From Thermoanaerobaculia bacterium (lineage in GTDB: Bacteria; Acidobacteriota; Thermoanaerobaculia; UBA5066; Gp7-AA6), in the NCBI GenBank assembly GCA_035498835.1, contig DATJZU010000158.1:5778-69777 (forward strand): 64,000 nt of DNA, given 5' to 3'. The notes beneath the pieces are model-generated. The model was not told where the DNA came from. It ran no database searches and saw nothing but the letters and a program-made list of their open reading frames with translations. Below, piece after piece: positions 26,569-36,400 of this stretch; positions within the stretch are counted from its first letter, which is position 1; each line of letters starts with the position of its first letter. Made by a program: the position numbers and the translations under genes.

Positions 26569-27867
26569 ATGAGACGAATTGCCCTGCCCGGGATCCTCGC
26601 GGGACTTCTCTCCCTCGCCGCCGCCGGAGACGAGCCGCCGATCGCGGTGCGCGCCGCGCGGCTTCTCGACGTGAAGTCCGGACACTACGTGCCGGGCGCC
26701 GTCGTCGTCATCCACGGCGACCGCGTCGAGAGCGTCGGGACCGGAGCTTCGGCGGCGCCGCCGGGCGTGAAGGTCATCGATCTCGGCAACCGCACGCTCC
26801 TGCCCGGGCTCATCGACGCGCACACGCACGTGCTTCTCCAGGGCGACGCGACGGCGCCCGAATACGAGGAGCAGATCCTCAAGGAGTATCCGGCGCACCG
26901 CGTGGTCCGCGCCGTGCGCGCCATGCGCATCGCGCTCGAGCACGGCTTCACCGGCCTTCGGGACCTCGAGACCGAAGGCGCCGGCTACGACGATGTGGCG
27001 CTGCGGGACGCGGTGAACGAAGGCGTGGTGCCCGGCCCCCGCATGCAGGTCGTCGGGCCCGGGCTCTCGACGACGGGAAGCTACCCGATCACCCATTTCC
27101 GGCCCGACTGGAAGTTTCCGACGGGCGTCATGATCTGCGACGGCGCCGATCCCTGCCGCCGCGCCGTGCGCGAGCAGCTCTCCTACGGGACGAACTGGGT
27201 GAAGATCTACGCGAACACGGGCGGCCTCGCGCTCACCCCCGACGGCTACGTGGACTCGCCGCCCAACTGGACGAAGGAGGAGATCGCCGCCATCGTGTCC
27301 GAGGCGCACGCGCACGGCGTCAAGGTGGCGGCGCACGCGCGCTCGGACTCCGGCGTCCGGATCGCCGTCGAGGCGGGCGTCGACTCGATCGAGCACGGCG
27401 ACTCGATCCGCCCCGAGATGGCGGCCGAGATGGCGCGCAAAGGCATCTTTCTCTGCCCGACTCTAACCGTCGTCCATTACGTCTCGGGCCCGCGCACGGC
27501 GGCCGGCTGCGCGATCTGCGCCGAGTCGGAGAAGATCCAGGCGAAGTCCTTCGCCAACTGCCGCAAGGCGGGCGTTCGAGTGGTCTTCGGCACGGACGCC
27601 GGCGGCTTCCCGTGGACCGACCTCAACGAGGCGCAGGAGTTCGAATGGGAGGTCAAGCTCGGAATGACGCCGCTCGAAGCGATCCGCAGTGCGACGACGA
27701 CTGCGGCCGATCTCCTCGGCTGGCAGGGCAAGGCCGGGTCCGTCCAGCCCGGCGCCTGGGCGGACCTCGTCGCCGTCGAGGGCGATCCGCTCGCCGACGT
27801 GTCCGTCCTCCAGAAGATCGACTGGGTGATGAAGGGCGGCCGTGTGGTTCGGTCCCCGGCTCCCTGA
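26569..27867 (+). CDS. amidohydrolase family protein (imidazolonepropionase/Xaa-Pro dipeptidase-like), secreted
   Basis: Signal peptide. Metal ligands GLIDAHTHV, ...HAHG..., and DSIEHG. Confidence 0.85.
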   Translation: MRRIALPGILAGLLSLAAAGDEPPIAVRAARLLDVKSGHYVPGAVVVIHGDRVESVGTGASAAPPGVKVIDLGNRTLLPGLIDAHTHVLLQGDATAPEYEEQILKEYPAHRVVRAVRAMRIALEHGFTGLRDLETEGAGYDDVALRDAVNEGVVPGPRMQVVGPGLSTTGSYPITHFRPDWKFPTGVMICDGADPCRRAVREQLSYGTNWVKIYANTGGLALTPDGYVDSPPNWTKEEIAAIVSEAHAHGVKVAAHARSDSGVRIAVEAGVDSIEHGDSIRPEMAAEMARKGIFLCPTLTVVHYVSGPRTAAGCAICAESEKIQAKSFANCRKAGVRVVFGTDAGGFPWTDLNEAQEFEWEVKLGMTPLEAIRSATTTAADLLGWQGKAGSVQPGAWADLVAVEGDPLADVSVLQKIDWVMKGGRVVRSPAP

Positions 27868-27870
27868 CCG

Positions 27871-28479
27871 ATGCTGCGCGTCGGGCTGACCGGCGGCCTC
27901 GCGTCCGGCAAGTCCACGGTGGCCCGGATGCTCCGCGAGGAGGGCGCCGTGGTCTTCGACGCGGACGAGATCGTGCGCGGGCTCTATGCCCCCGGCAGCG
28001 CCGGCGAGGCGGCGGCGCGCGACCTCTTCGGCGGCGAAGTCCTGGACGGGGCGGGCCGCGTGGACCGCGCGAAGATCGCCGGCATCGTGTTCGCCGACCC
28101 CGCGCGGCGACACGCGCTCGAGGCGCGCATCCATCCGCTCGTCGCGGCGGAGCGCGACCGGCTCTTCCGGGAGGCCGAGCGCCACGGCGCCGCGGTCGCG
28201 GTCGGCGAAGCCTCGCAGCTGCTCGAAGCAAAGAGCGAGAGGGACTACGATCGGATCCTCCTCGTCGTCGCGCCGGAGGCGGAACGTCTGCGGCGCTGGG
28301 AGGAGAAGGGCGGCGACGTCGAGGACGCGCGTCGGCGCATGGCGTCGCAGCTCGCGCCGTCGGAAGCTTTCGACCGCGCCGACGACGTCCTCGTCAACGA
28401 CGGCTCCGTCGAGGAGCTTCGCCGGCGCGTCGCGGCGCTCTATCGCCGCTGGACGGAGCTCGCGGCGCCACCGGGGTAA
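27871..28479 (+). CDS. coaE: dephospho-CoA kinase
   Basis: P-loop VGLTGGLASGKST and CoaE family features. Confidence 0.9.
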   Translation: MLRVGLTGGLASGKSTVARMLREEGAVVFDADEIVRGLYAPGSAGEAAARDLFGGEVLDGAGRVDRAKIAGIVFADPARRHALEARIHPLVAAERDRLFREAERHGAAVAVGEASQLLEAKSERDYDRILLVVAPEAERLRRWEEKGGDVEDARRRMASQLAPSEAFDRADDVLVNDGSVEELRRRVAALYRRWTELAAPPG

Positions 28480-28489
28480 GCTGCCCGCG

Positions 28490-29059
28490 ATGCTCCTGCG
28501 CTCCCCGACGCCCGCCGCCTGGGTCCGGACGGTGATGGCGGACTTCGACGCGTTCCTCCTCGACCACGCGGCCTGCGAGCGCAAGGCCTCGGCGACCGCG
28601 ATGGGCCTCGTCGCGCACTATCCGGACCGCGCCGAGCTCGTGCGCGCGTGCGTCGCGGTCGCGCGCGAGGAGCTCGAGCACTTCGAGCGCGTCTGGGAGC
28701 TCCTCCACGAGCGCGGGCTCGTCCTCGGGCCCGACCGGCCGAACCCCTACGTGGCCCGCCTCTCTCGCGAGTTCCGCCAGGGAAGCGACGCGTATTTCCT
28801 CGATCGGCTGCTCGCGACCGCGCTCGCGGAGGCGCGCGGCTGCGAGCGCTTCGGCCTCGTGGCGGCCGCCCTGCCGGAGGGACGACTCCAGGACTTCTAC
28901 CGCGAGCTCGCGCGCACGGAGGTGCGGCACCGTGAGCTCTACGTGGATCTCGCGAAGACGTACTTCGACGCGGCGTCGGTCGCCACCCGGCTGGACGAGC
29001 TGCTCGCCGCGGAGGCCCGGGTCGTGGCCGAGCTCCCGGTCCGGTCGGCGATCTACTGA
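28490..29059 (+). CDS. miaE: tRNA-(ms2io6A)-hydroxylase MiaE family (diiron)
   Basis: MiaE-like ferritin fold with paired EExH motifs (ACERKASATAMGLVAHYPD ... ARGCERFGLVAAALPE ... TEVRHRELY). Confidence 0.75.
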   Translation: MLLRSPTPAAWVRTVMADFDAFLLDHAACERKASATAMGLVAHYPDRAELVRACVAVAREELEHFERVWELLHERGLVLGPDRPNPYVARLSREFRQGSDAYFLDRLLATALAEARGCERFGLVAAALPEGRLQDFYRELARTEVRHRELYVDLAKTYFDAASVATRLDELLAAEARVVAELPVRSAIY

Positions 29060-30444
29060 TGGCCGCTGCGGGCGATCTCGACGGCAAGGCGGCGCGACAG
29101 TACCTCGCGCGCCACGCGGAGCCGGAGTCCCGCGCCGCCGACCTTCTCCCGGGCACGTTCGGCCATGCGCTGATCATCCCGGCCTACGGCGAGCGCGAGA
29201 GCCTGTTCGCGCTCCTCGCCTCGGTGCCGGGCGGGCCCTCCGGTCCCGTCCTCATCGTCGTAGTGCTGAACGCCCGTGGCGACTCGCCCGAGGAGGTCCA
29301 CGCCGCCAACGCGGCGGCGCGCGATCGCTTGGCGCGCGAACTGCCCGAGACCGCCGTCCTCTCCGACGCCCCCTCCATACGCTCCTATCGCATCGAGGGC
29401 GGGTCGCTCGTCCTCGTCGACCGGGCGCGCCCGGGCGCCTTCCTCCCCGAGGGCCAGGGCGTGGGCCTCGCGCGCAAGATCGGCAACGACCTCGCGATGC
29501 GCCTCTCTTCGCTGGGGCGCGTCGCGTCGCCGTGGCTGCACAACACGGACGCCGACACGCTCCTGCCGCGCGACTACTTCGAACAGACCCGGTTGTTGGA
29601 TCCTTCCATAACGGCGGCGGCCGTCTACTTCTACGCGCACCGGTTCGAGGAGGACGAGGACCTCGCGCTCGCCGGCCGCCTCTACGAGATCTCGCTGCGC
29701 TACTACGTGCTCGGCCTCGCCTGGGCGGGATCGCCCTACGCGTACGAGAGCATGGGAAGCTGCCTCGCCATCCCCGCCGGTTTCTACGCGGCCGTGCGCG
29801 GCTTCCCGAAGAAGAACGCCGCAGAGGATTTCTACGTCCTCGACAAGCTCGCGAAGACCGGAGCGATCGCGCGGCTCTCCGGCGCCCCGGTGACGCTCGA
29901 GGGGCGACCCTCCGACCGCGTTCCCTTCGGCACGGGGCGCGCGCTGCGGGACCTCGTCGGCAAGAAGCGTTCGCTCGCCGGCTTTCGCCTGTACCATCCG
30001 CTCGTCTTCGCGCATCTCGCGGCCTGGCTCGCCGTGCTCGACCGCGTCGCCGCCACGGGGAATCCCGCGCGCGCGCTCGAGACGCTGCCGCCCTCCGGCC
30101 CCTTCTTCCGCACCGACCTCCTCCGCGAAGCGCTCGAGAAGCTCGGCGCCGGGCCGGCGATCGCCGGGGCGCGGGAACGGTCGTCCGACGCCGCGACGCT
30201 TCGCCGGCACCTCCACACCTGGTTCGACGCGTTCCGCACGCGGAAGCTCGTGCACGCCCTCCGCGACGGCGGCCTCCCCTCGCTGCCATGGCGGGAAGCG
30301 CTCGCCGAGGCGCCGTTTACCGGGCTGGCGGCGACGACCGACGACGAGCCGGAGGCCCTGCGGGAGGCGCTCGCCGAGCGCGAACGGGAGCTCTCGCAGT
30401 CGCCCGCGGGAGTGCCCGCGATGCTGCCCGCGCCCGACGCCTGA
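29059..30444 (+). CDS. GT-A fold glycosyltransferase-like protein (family 2-like N-terminus) with long C-terminal extension
   Basis: HALIIPAYGERESL and a DxD-like NTDAD. The ATG overlaps the miaE TGA (TGATG). Confidence 0.5.
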   Translation: MAAAGDLDGKAARQYLARHAEPESRAADLLPGTFGHALIIPAYGERESLFALLASVPGGPSGPVLIVVVLNARGDSPEEVHAANAAARDRLARELPETAVLSDAPSIRSYRIEGGSLVLVDRARPGAFLPEGQGVGLARKIGNDLAMRLSSLGRVASPWLHNTDADTLLPRDYFEQTRLLDPSITAAAVYFYAHRFEEDEDLALAGRLYEISLRYYVLGLAWAGSPYAYESMGSCLAIPAGFYAAVRGFPKKNAAEDFYVLDKLAKTGAIARLSGAPVTLEGRPSDRVPFGTGRALRDLVGKKRSLAGFRLYHPLVFAHLAAWLAVLDRVAATGNPARALETLPPSGPFFRTDLLREALEKLGAGPAIAGARERSSDAATLRRHLHTWFDAFRTRKLVHALRDGGLPSLPWREALAEAPFTGLAATTDDEPEALREALAERERELSQSPAGVPAMLPAPDA

Positions 30445-30447
30445 GAA

Positions 30448-33441
30448 TCAGAACGGAAACCCGATCGAAACGAAGAATTGTCCGGCGCTTTCGCGCGTCG
30501 TGGGCATGGGAGAGATCGGGAGGACGACCGGGTTCTGGGGATCCGTCACGTTGATGACCTCGTACGGGATGGTGCGCCGCGTGACCTTCCAGGCGTACTC
30601 GGCGCGGAGCGGGCCGATCGGCAGCATGTAGAAGAGTCCGAAGCCGACGCTCTGGCGCAGGCCGTCATCTCCCTCGAACTTGAGCTTCACCTGCGAAAAA
30701 CTCCTCCACACCTGCGAAGCATCGTAGAAGACCGTGCCGCCGAGATTGCCGTAGATCGGGAATCGGAGCTCGGCCGAGAGTGAGAGGAACCCGTTTCCTC
30801 CGAGGATCCGCGGCCCGCTGCTGCAGTCGAAGTTCACGAGGGTCGGGTAGGTGTTCTGGCAGTTGCCCTGTCCGGGCACGGCGCTCTCGCGGGCCTGCGT
30901 CGAATAATCGACCGTCGCGTTCGACAGGGACCCGAGCGTGCCGCCCGGGATACCGAGGAGGTCCGTCTCGAACGCACGCCCCGTCGAGCGTCCGCCCACG
31001 AAGAATCGCTCGGCGATCGGAACCGGCACCTCGGCGTGGCCGTAGGGAAACACGCCGCCGAAGCGGCCCGACCCGACGAGGACCGCCCGGCCGATCGGCT
31101 GGAACCAGGTGCCCTGCATCGCGAACTTCGTGAATTGCGCCTCGGCGGAGAACACGGGAAAGGCGTACTTGCCCGCGAGCGACACGTAGTAGCCGCGGTG
31201 CGGGTCGATGACGTCGTCGCGCCGGTCGTAGAAGAATGCCGGGCCGATGGTCGCCTCCTCGATCGGCTGGTCCGCCCGGGGAAACTCCTCGATCTCGATG
31301 ATTGAAAGATCCTCGGGATTGATCGGCCGGATGCGCTGGTACTCGAGGCGAAACGACGTGCGGAGATATTTACCGAAGACGTGCGCCACCTCGCTGACGA
31401 AACCGAGCCGCTCGAGGTCCACGTTCTGGATCGTCTCGCGCGCGGCGAAGAGAACCGAGGTCAGCGGATAGTCCGTTCCGATCAGGAAGGGATCCCGGTA
31501 GCTGACCTGGATCCGATAGCGTCCCGAGAGCGCGATCTGGCCTTCGAGCCCCGTCGTTCGGAGGCCGCCGAAGAGATTGTGGTTCGTGACGCCGCCGACG
31601 ACGAACGGGTCGTTGCGATTCTCGCCGGCGTCGGGCACGTACTGGTAGCCGAAGCCGTAGAGGAGCGAGAGCGGCTGGGCCTCCTGGACTTCCATCTGGA
31701 CGTTGCGCTCCCGGTCGGAGGGGTCGGCCGGCTCGGGCCGGATGTCCACGCGACGGAAGGCTCCGGTTCGCGAGAGCCGGCGCTGCGCCTCGAGGATCTT
31801 CTCCTCGGAGAACGGCGCCCCTTCCTTCCAGGTGGCGAGCTGGCGGATGCGGTCGGTCTTCGTCGTGGTGTTGCCCCGGACGATCGTCTTGCCGAAGAAG
31901 GACCGCAGGCCCTCCGTGATTCGGTAAGTGACCTCGGCGCCGCCGCCGTCCGGCGAGAGGACGTACTCGTCGCGCACCGCCACCTCGAGCCAGCCGTGAT
32001 CCTGGTAGTAGCCCTGGATCGCCGAGACGTCCGCCCGGAGCGCGTTCGGATTGAGCGGCTCGCCGGCGCGAACCGAGAGGAGCTTCTCGAGGGCCGCCGT
32101 GTCCGTGTGCTCGGCGCCCACGAGCTCGCGCTTCGCGACCATGGTTCGGGGCCCCTCGACGATCGGAATCCGCACCACGAGCCGGTTGGGGCGCGAGCCG
32201 TCCTGCACGTCGGCGGGCCCGACCTTCGCCGCAATCCAGCCATGGGACTGATACCAGCCGAGGATCGCGTCGAGATCCCCTTTCAGGTCCCGGTCGGTCA
32301 GCTTGCCGGCGCGGACGAGCGGCAAGCCCTTCGGCGAAACCACCATCAGCTTGCGCAGCGTCGCGTCCGGAGCGGCGGCGTTCCCCTCGAAGACGATCTT
32401 CTCGACGGCGTAGTGGGGGCCGGGCTCGACGTCGATCGTGACCACGACGCGGTCCGGCTGCGTGTCGAACTTGTAGTCCACCTTCGCCCGGTAATAACCC
32501 TTGCTCTGGAGCACACGCCCCTCGTTCTCGGCGTACTGGAGCACGAGGTCCTCGTCGAAGACCTGACCCTCGAGCAGGTCGTCGAGCGCCCGCCGCACCT
32601 TCTTCTCCTTGACCCCGGTCGTCTGGAGCACGACTTCGGGCCCCACGGCGACGCGGTAGACCGGAGCGATGCGGCCGTTCGGCTCGGGCTGGGCGGCGAT
32701 GAGCTCCACCTGCGCCTTCAGGCGGCCCTCCGCATGCAGGAACCCGCGGATGCGGGCCGCGTCGGCGGAGGCCTTGGCCTCGCGGTATCGCTGCCCCGCC
32801 TTCAACTTCGCCTTCGAGAGGAGCTGCTCCGCGGTGTACGGCGCGATCGGGCCGAGAAAGATCGCCGGATCGACGCGCGCCCGCTCACCCGCGTCGATGC
32901 GGTACGTGACCCGGGCGTCGAAGCGTCGCCGATCGAACTCGGTTTCCGCCTTCACCTTCGCCCTGGGGAACCCCTCCGCCAGAAGGCGCCGCTCGATGGC
33001 CTCCGTTCCGTCCGCGACGTCGTCGGCCGAGTAGACGCTCCCCGCGAAATACGGCAGGACGCGGCGCAGCTCGTCGCGCGAGAGCCCGCGTTTCCCGGCG
33101 AACTTGATCGTGTAGATGCGAAACGCGCGCAGGAGGACGACGCGAACGGCGACGCCCTCGCCCGCCGCCGTCACCTCGATCTGTACGTCGGCGAACTGCC
33201 GGGTTCCGAAGAGATTGCGCACCGTCTGCGCGGTGGCCGCCTCCGTGAGGGCGTCCCCGGCCTCGATCGCGAGCAGCCGCGAGAGGTCCGACCTCTCGAC
33301 CGCGCCGTCGCTCGTATAGGAGATCGACACGACGACGCGGCCGTAGAGGTCTGCCGGCGTCTGGGCGACGGCGGGCGCGTCCGCCGCGGCGAAGCCGAGC
33401 CACAGGCCGCCCACGAGCGCGGCGCCGCGCGCAAGCCTCAC
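30448..33441 (-). CDS. BamA/TamA family outer membrane protein (Omp85; POTRA repeats + beta-barrel)
   Basis: Signal peptide VRLARGAALVGGLWLGFAAADAPAVAQ (GTG start), multiple POTRA domains, and a C-terminal Omp85 barrel ending ...FFVSIGFPF. The start overlaps the tamB stop (GTGA). Confidence 0.85.
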   Translation of the reverse strand: MRLARGAALVGGLWLGFAAADAPAVAQTPADLYGRVVVSISYTSDGAVERSDLSRLLAIEAGDALTEAATAQTVRNLFGTRQFADVQIEVTAAGEGVAVRVVLLRAFRIYTIKFAGKRGLSRDELRRVLPYFAGSVYSADDVADGTEAIERRLLAEGFPRAKVKAETEFDRRRFDARVTYRIDAGERARVDPAIFLGPIAPYTAEQLLSKAKLKAGQRYREAKASADAARIRGFLHAEGRLKAQVELIAAQPEPNGRIAPVYRVAVGPEVVLQTTGVKEKKVRRALDDLLEGQVFDEDLVLQYAENEGRVLQSKGYYRAKVDYKFDTQPDRVVVTIDVEPGPHYAVEKIVFEGNAAAPDATLRKLMVVSPKGLPLVRAGKLTDRDLKGDLDAILGWYQSHGWIAAKVGPADVQDGSRPNRLVVRIPIVEGPRTMVAKRELVGAEHTDTAALEKLLSVRAGEPLNPNALRADVSAIQGYYQDHGWLEVAVRDEYVLSPDGGGAEVTYRITEGLRSFFGKTIVRGNTTTKTDRIRQLATWKEGAPFSEEKILEAQRRLSRTGAFRRVDIRPEPADPSDRERNVQMEVQEAQPLSLLYGFGYQYVPDAGENRNDPFVVGGVTNHNLFGGLRTTGLEGQIALSGRYRIQVSYRDPFLIGTDYPLTSVLFAARETIQNVDLERLGFVSEVAHVFGKYLRTSFRLEYQRIRPINPEDLSIIEIEEFPRADQPIEEATIGPAFFYDRRDDVIDPHRGYYVSLAGKYAFPVFSAEAQFTKFAMQGTWFQPIGRAVLVGSGRFGGVFPYGHAEVPVPIAERFFVGGRSTGRAFETDLLGIPGGTLGSLSNATVDYSTQARESAVPGQGNCQNTYPTLVNFDCSSGPRILGGNGFLSLSAELRFPIYGNLGGTVFYDASQVWRSFSQVKLKFEGDDGLRQSVGFGLFYMLPIGPLRAEYAWKVTRRTIPYEVINVTDPQNPVVLPISPMPTTRESAGQFFVSIGFPF

Positions 33442-36400
33442 GAACGCGTCCGTCGCCGCAGGTCGATCAGGTAGACGTTGTTCTCGTCGTGTCGCAAGCG
33501 CAGGACCCAGGTCTGCGAGATCCGGCCCTCGACCTCCACCACCGGCTCGCGGCTGCCCGCCTCGAAGAGCGGCTGCGAGTAGGTCACGGACCAGTTCGGA
33601 GAGATCTGCTTGCCGACGGTGGTCGTCGCGCCGGCGAGGCCGCTCGACGTGAAGATCGGGTCGATCTGGAAGCGCTCGAGATTGAAAAGCTTCTGCGCGG
33701 GCCGCGTGAGCACGCCGGTCGCGGCGCTCCCGACGATCGAGCCGGCCGTCGAGGCGAGCGTGCCGGAGACGTCGGTCGACGTCGATCCGCCGGGCGCCGC
33801 GCCGGTCAGCAGCAGGTTGACGAGGTCGGCGTCCGGCAACGGGGGATCCGAGGAGAAGGTCGTCTCGAGGCGCGGCCAGCTGCCGGCGACGTTGACCGCG
33901 ATGTCGTAGCCCCGCACCTCGGCGCGCGCCCGGACGTCCAGGATCGGCGCGAGCCCGTGCGCGCTCGCGAAGGTCACCGTGCCCGACTCGATCTCGTACC
34001 GCACGTCGCGGAACGTGACGCGGCCTCCCTCGTCGAGCGTGACCTGTCCGACGAGCGTCGGATCCGCGATGGTGCCGCGCGCCACGAGATCCACGGTTCC
34101 GGTCAGAAGCGCCAGGTTGTTCCGCACCTCGAGCGCCTGCGACGACACGACGTGGATTTCCAGGCGCGTCCGGTCCTTCCACGGCTCGCGCGCGGCGGCG
34201 CCGGTCGGACGGCTCTTGGCGAGGAGATCGGTCAACGTCAGGTCGAAGTCGCGCGAGTACGTTCCGCGCTGGAGGACGACCTCGCCGCGCACGAGATTCC
34301 CCGTCGGACCGCCTGTCGCGACGAGGTCCGCGTCGACGACGAGCCGGAGATCCTCCGGATAGCGCAGCGTCACGCGGCGGCCCTGCACCGTCAGGCGAAA
34401 GTCCTTCAGCGCGAGCCCGTCGAGGCCGAACGTTCCCGCGACGGAGGCGTCCCCTCCCCCGACCTTCGCGCGCGCCTCGAGGGAGCCGGTGCCGGCGGCC
34501 TCGAATCGGATCGTGCCCTCGATGTTGTCCATGAGCTGGGAGATCCCGGACATGCGGTACTTGCCGTCCGCGAGCGACACCTCGCCGGTGAGCCGGGGCC
34601 GCGCGATCGGGCCGGTTGCCGTGACGGCGAGCCGCAGCCGCCCGTTCAGGGGCAGATCGGGAAAGGCGAGGGCGACGAGCGCCGGATCCATCGGCCCCGA
34701 GGCGGTGACGCTCATCTCCGCGGGGTCTCCCAGCCCGATCCATCCCTGCAGCGCGATCGCCGTGCCCTCTCCCTCGATGGAGAACGGGGAGAGCGTCAGC
34801 CGCCGTCCGTCGAGGGTCGCCACCTCCTCGTCGGCCATGTGGAGCGCCGCCGCCCGGCCCGGCAGGTCGATCACCGCCCTGGTGACGCGGATGCGCCCGC
34901 TCGGCCACTCGCCTTCCTTCGTCGGCAGGACGATCGTGCCGGCCGCATCGACGGCGCCGCCGTATCCTTCGGGCAGCTCCAAGGGGGTGAACCGCAGGAG
35001 CGCGGCGAGGCTCGAAGCCTCGAGACGGACGTCGAGGGGCGCCCCTTCGCGGAAGATCTCGCCGGACGCGGTCAGGCGAAACCCCTTCGCGACGACGAGC
35101 TCTCCTTCGAGCTTCCCGTCCTCGACGCGAGCCGAGACGGCAGGCTGCGCGTCTTCGGAAATCGAGCGCCCGAAGAGCACCGTCTGCGCGAGCGACGCGG
35201 TGAGCGTCAGATCGGGCCGGTCGAGCGTTCCCGAACCCGACACCTGGAACGACAGCTTCCCGGCCGCGTCCTTCCCGAGCGTATGGAAGGCGTCGATCGC
35301 GTCGAGCGGCACGCCGTCGCCGGCCATCCGGACCTCGAATCGCTTCTCCTGAAAAGCGTAGGTCCCGCCGCCGCCCACCATGCCGCCCCCGATCGGGGCG
35401 CGGATCTCCTCCAGAGCGAACCGGCCCGGCGTCAGGGCCGCGCGTCCCGTGACGCGCTCGAACGCCTGTCCCCAGACGTGCGCCGCGTCGAGCTCCGCGG
35501 GGCCCCCGCCCGTGAGCGCCGTCTTCGATCCGGAGAGCGGGAAGCTCCCGGTCAAGCGCCCGTCGATCGGCAGATCGAGGTCGAGATACTTGAGCAGGCG
35601 CGGCAGCGGGAACTCCTTCGCCGAGACCACGAGATCGAGATCCGGCTTTCCCGGCTGGGACCGGTAGGCCGCGCGCCCCTCGAGCGAGAGCGTCGCGTCG
35701 CCTTCATAGACGCGCAGGGGACGGAAGAGGAACGCGCCGTCGGACATGTCCACGGTGCCCCGCGCGCTCCCGAACAGCACGCCTCCATAGCGGGCGTCCT
35801 CGGCCGTGACCTGCACCGTCGCTTCGGGATCCGACCAGGACCGGCCGAGATGTCCGGCGACCTCGCCGGTGCCGCCGAGACCGAGCGGCCCCGCTTTGCC
35901 GCCGCTCGCCGCGACGAAATTCTGGAAGAGTCGGTCGGTCTCGGTGAAGTCGCGGGATCGGAGGTGGAAGTCGAAATCCGGCTGCCAGTCCCCGATGGGA
36001 ATCCCTCCGGTGAACTCGAGCGTGCCGTGCGGAAAGCGCAGCGCGCAATTCTCGAACCCGACGCGCCCGCGCGTCACCACGAGCGGGCCGCCGCCCTCCG
36101 TCGGGATGCCGAAACGCCCGCGGACCTGCGAGACGGCCGGGCCCGCGCGGACATCCAGCCGGCCACCGCCCGAGGCGCGGGTGATCCCTTCCTCTCCCCA
36201 CCGCAGCGCGAGGCGGAGCGCGGCGTCGCCCGAGAGCCCCGTACCGGGGAGACCCAGGTCGGCGAAGAATGCTTCGAGCGAAATGCCGTCCCCGTCGATG
36301 GCAATCGTCATCGGCTCCTGCGCCGTCGTGAGCGCGGCGATGCGGAACACCCCCTGCGCCTGCCCCCCGGCGTAGCGCGCGCGCTCGATCTTGGCGACGA

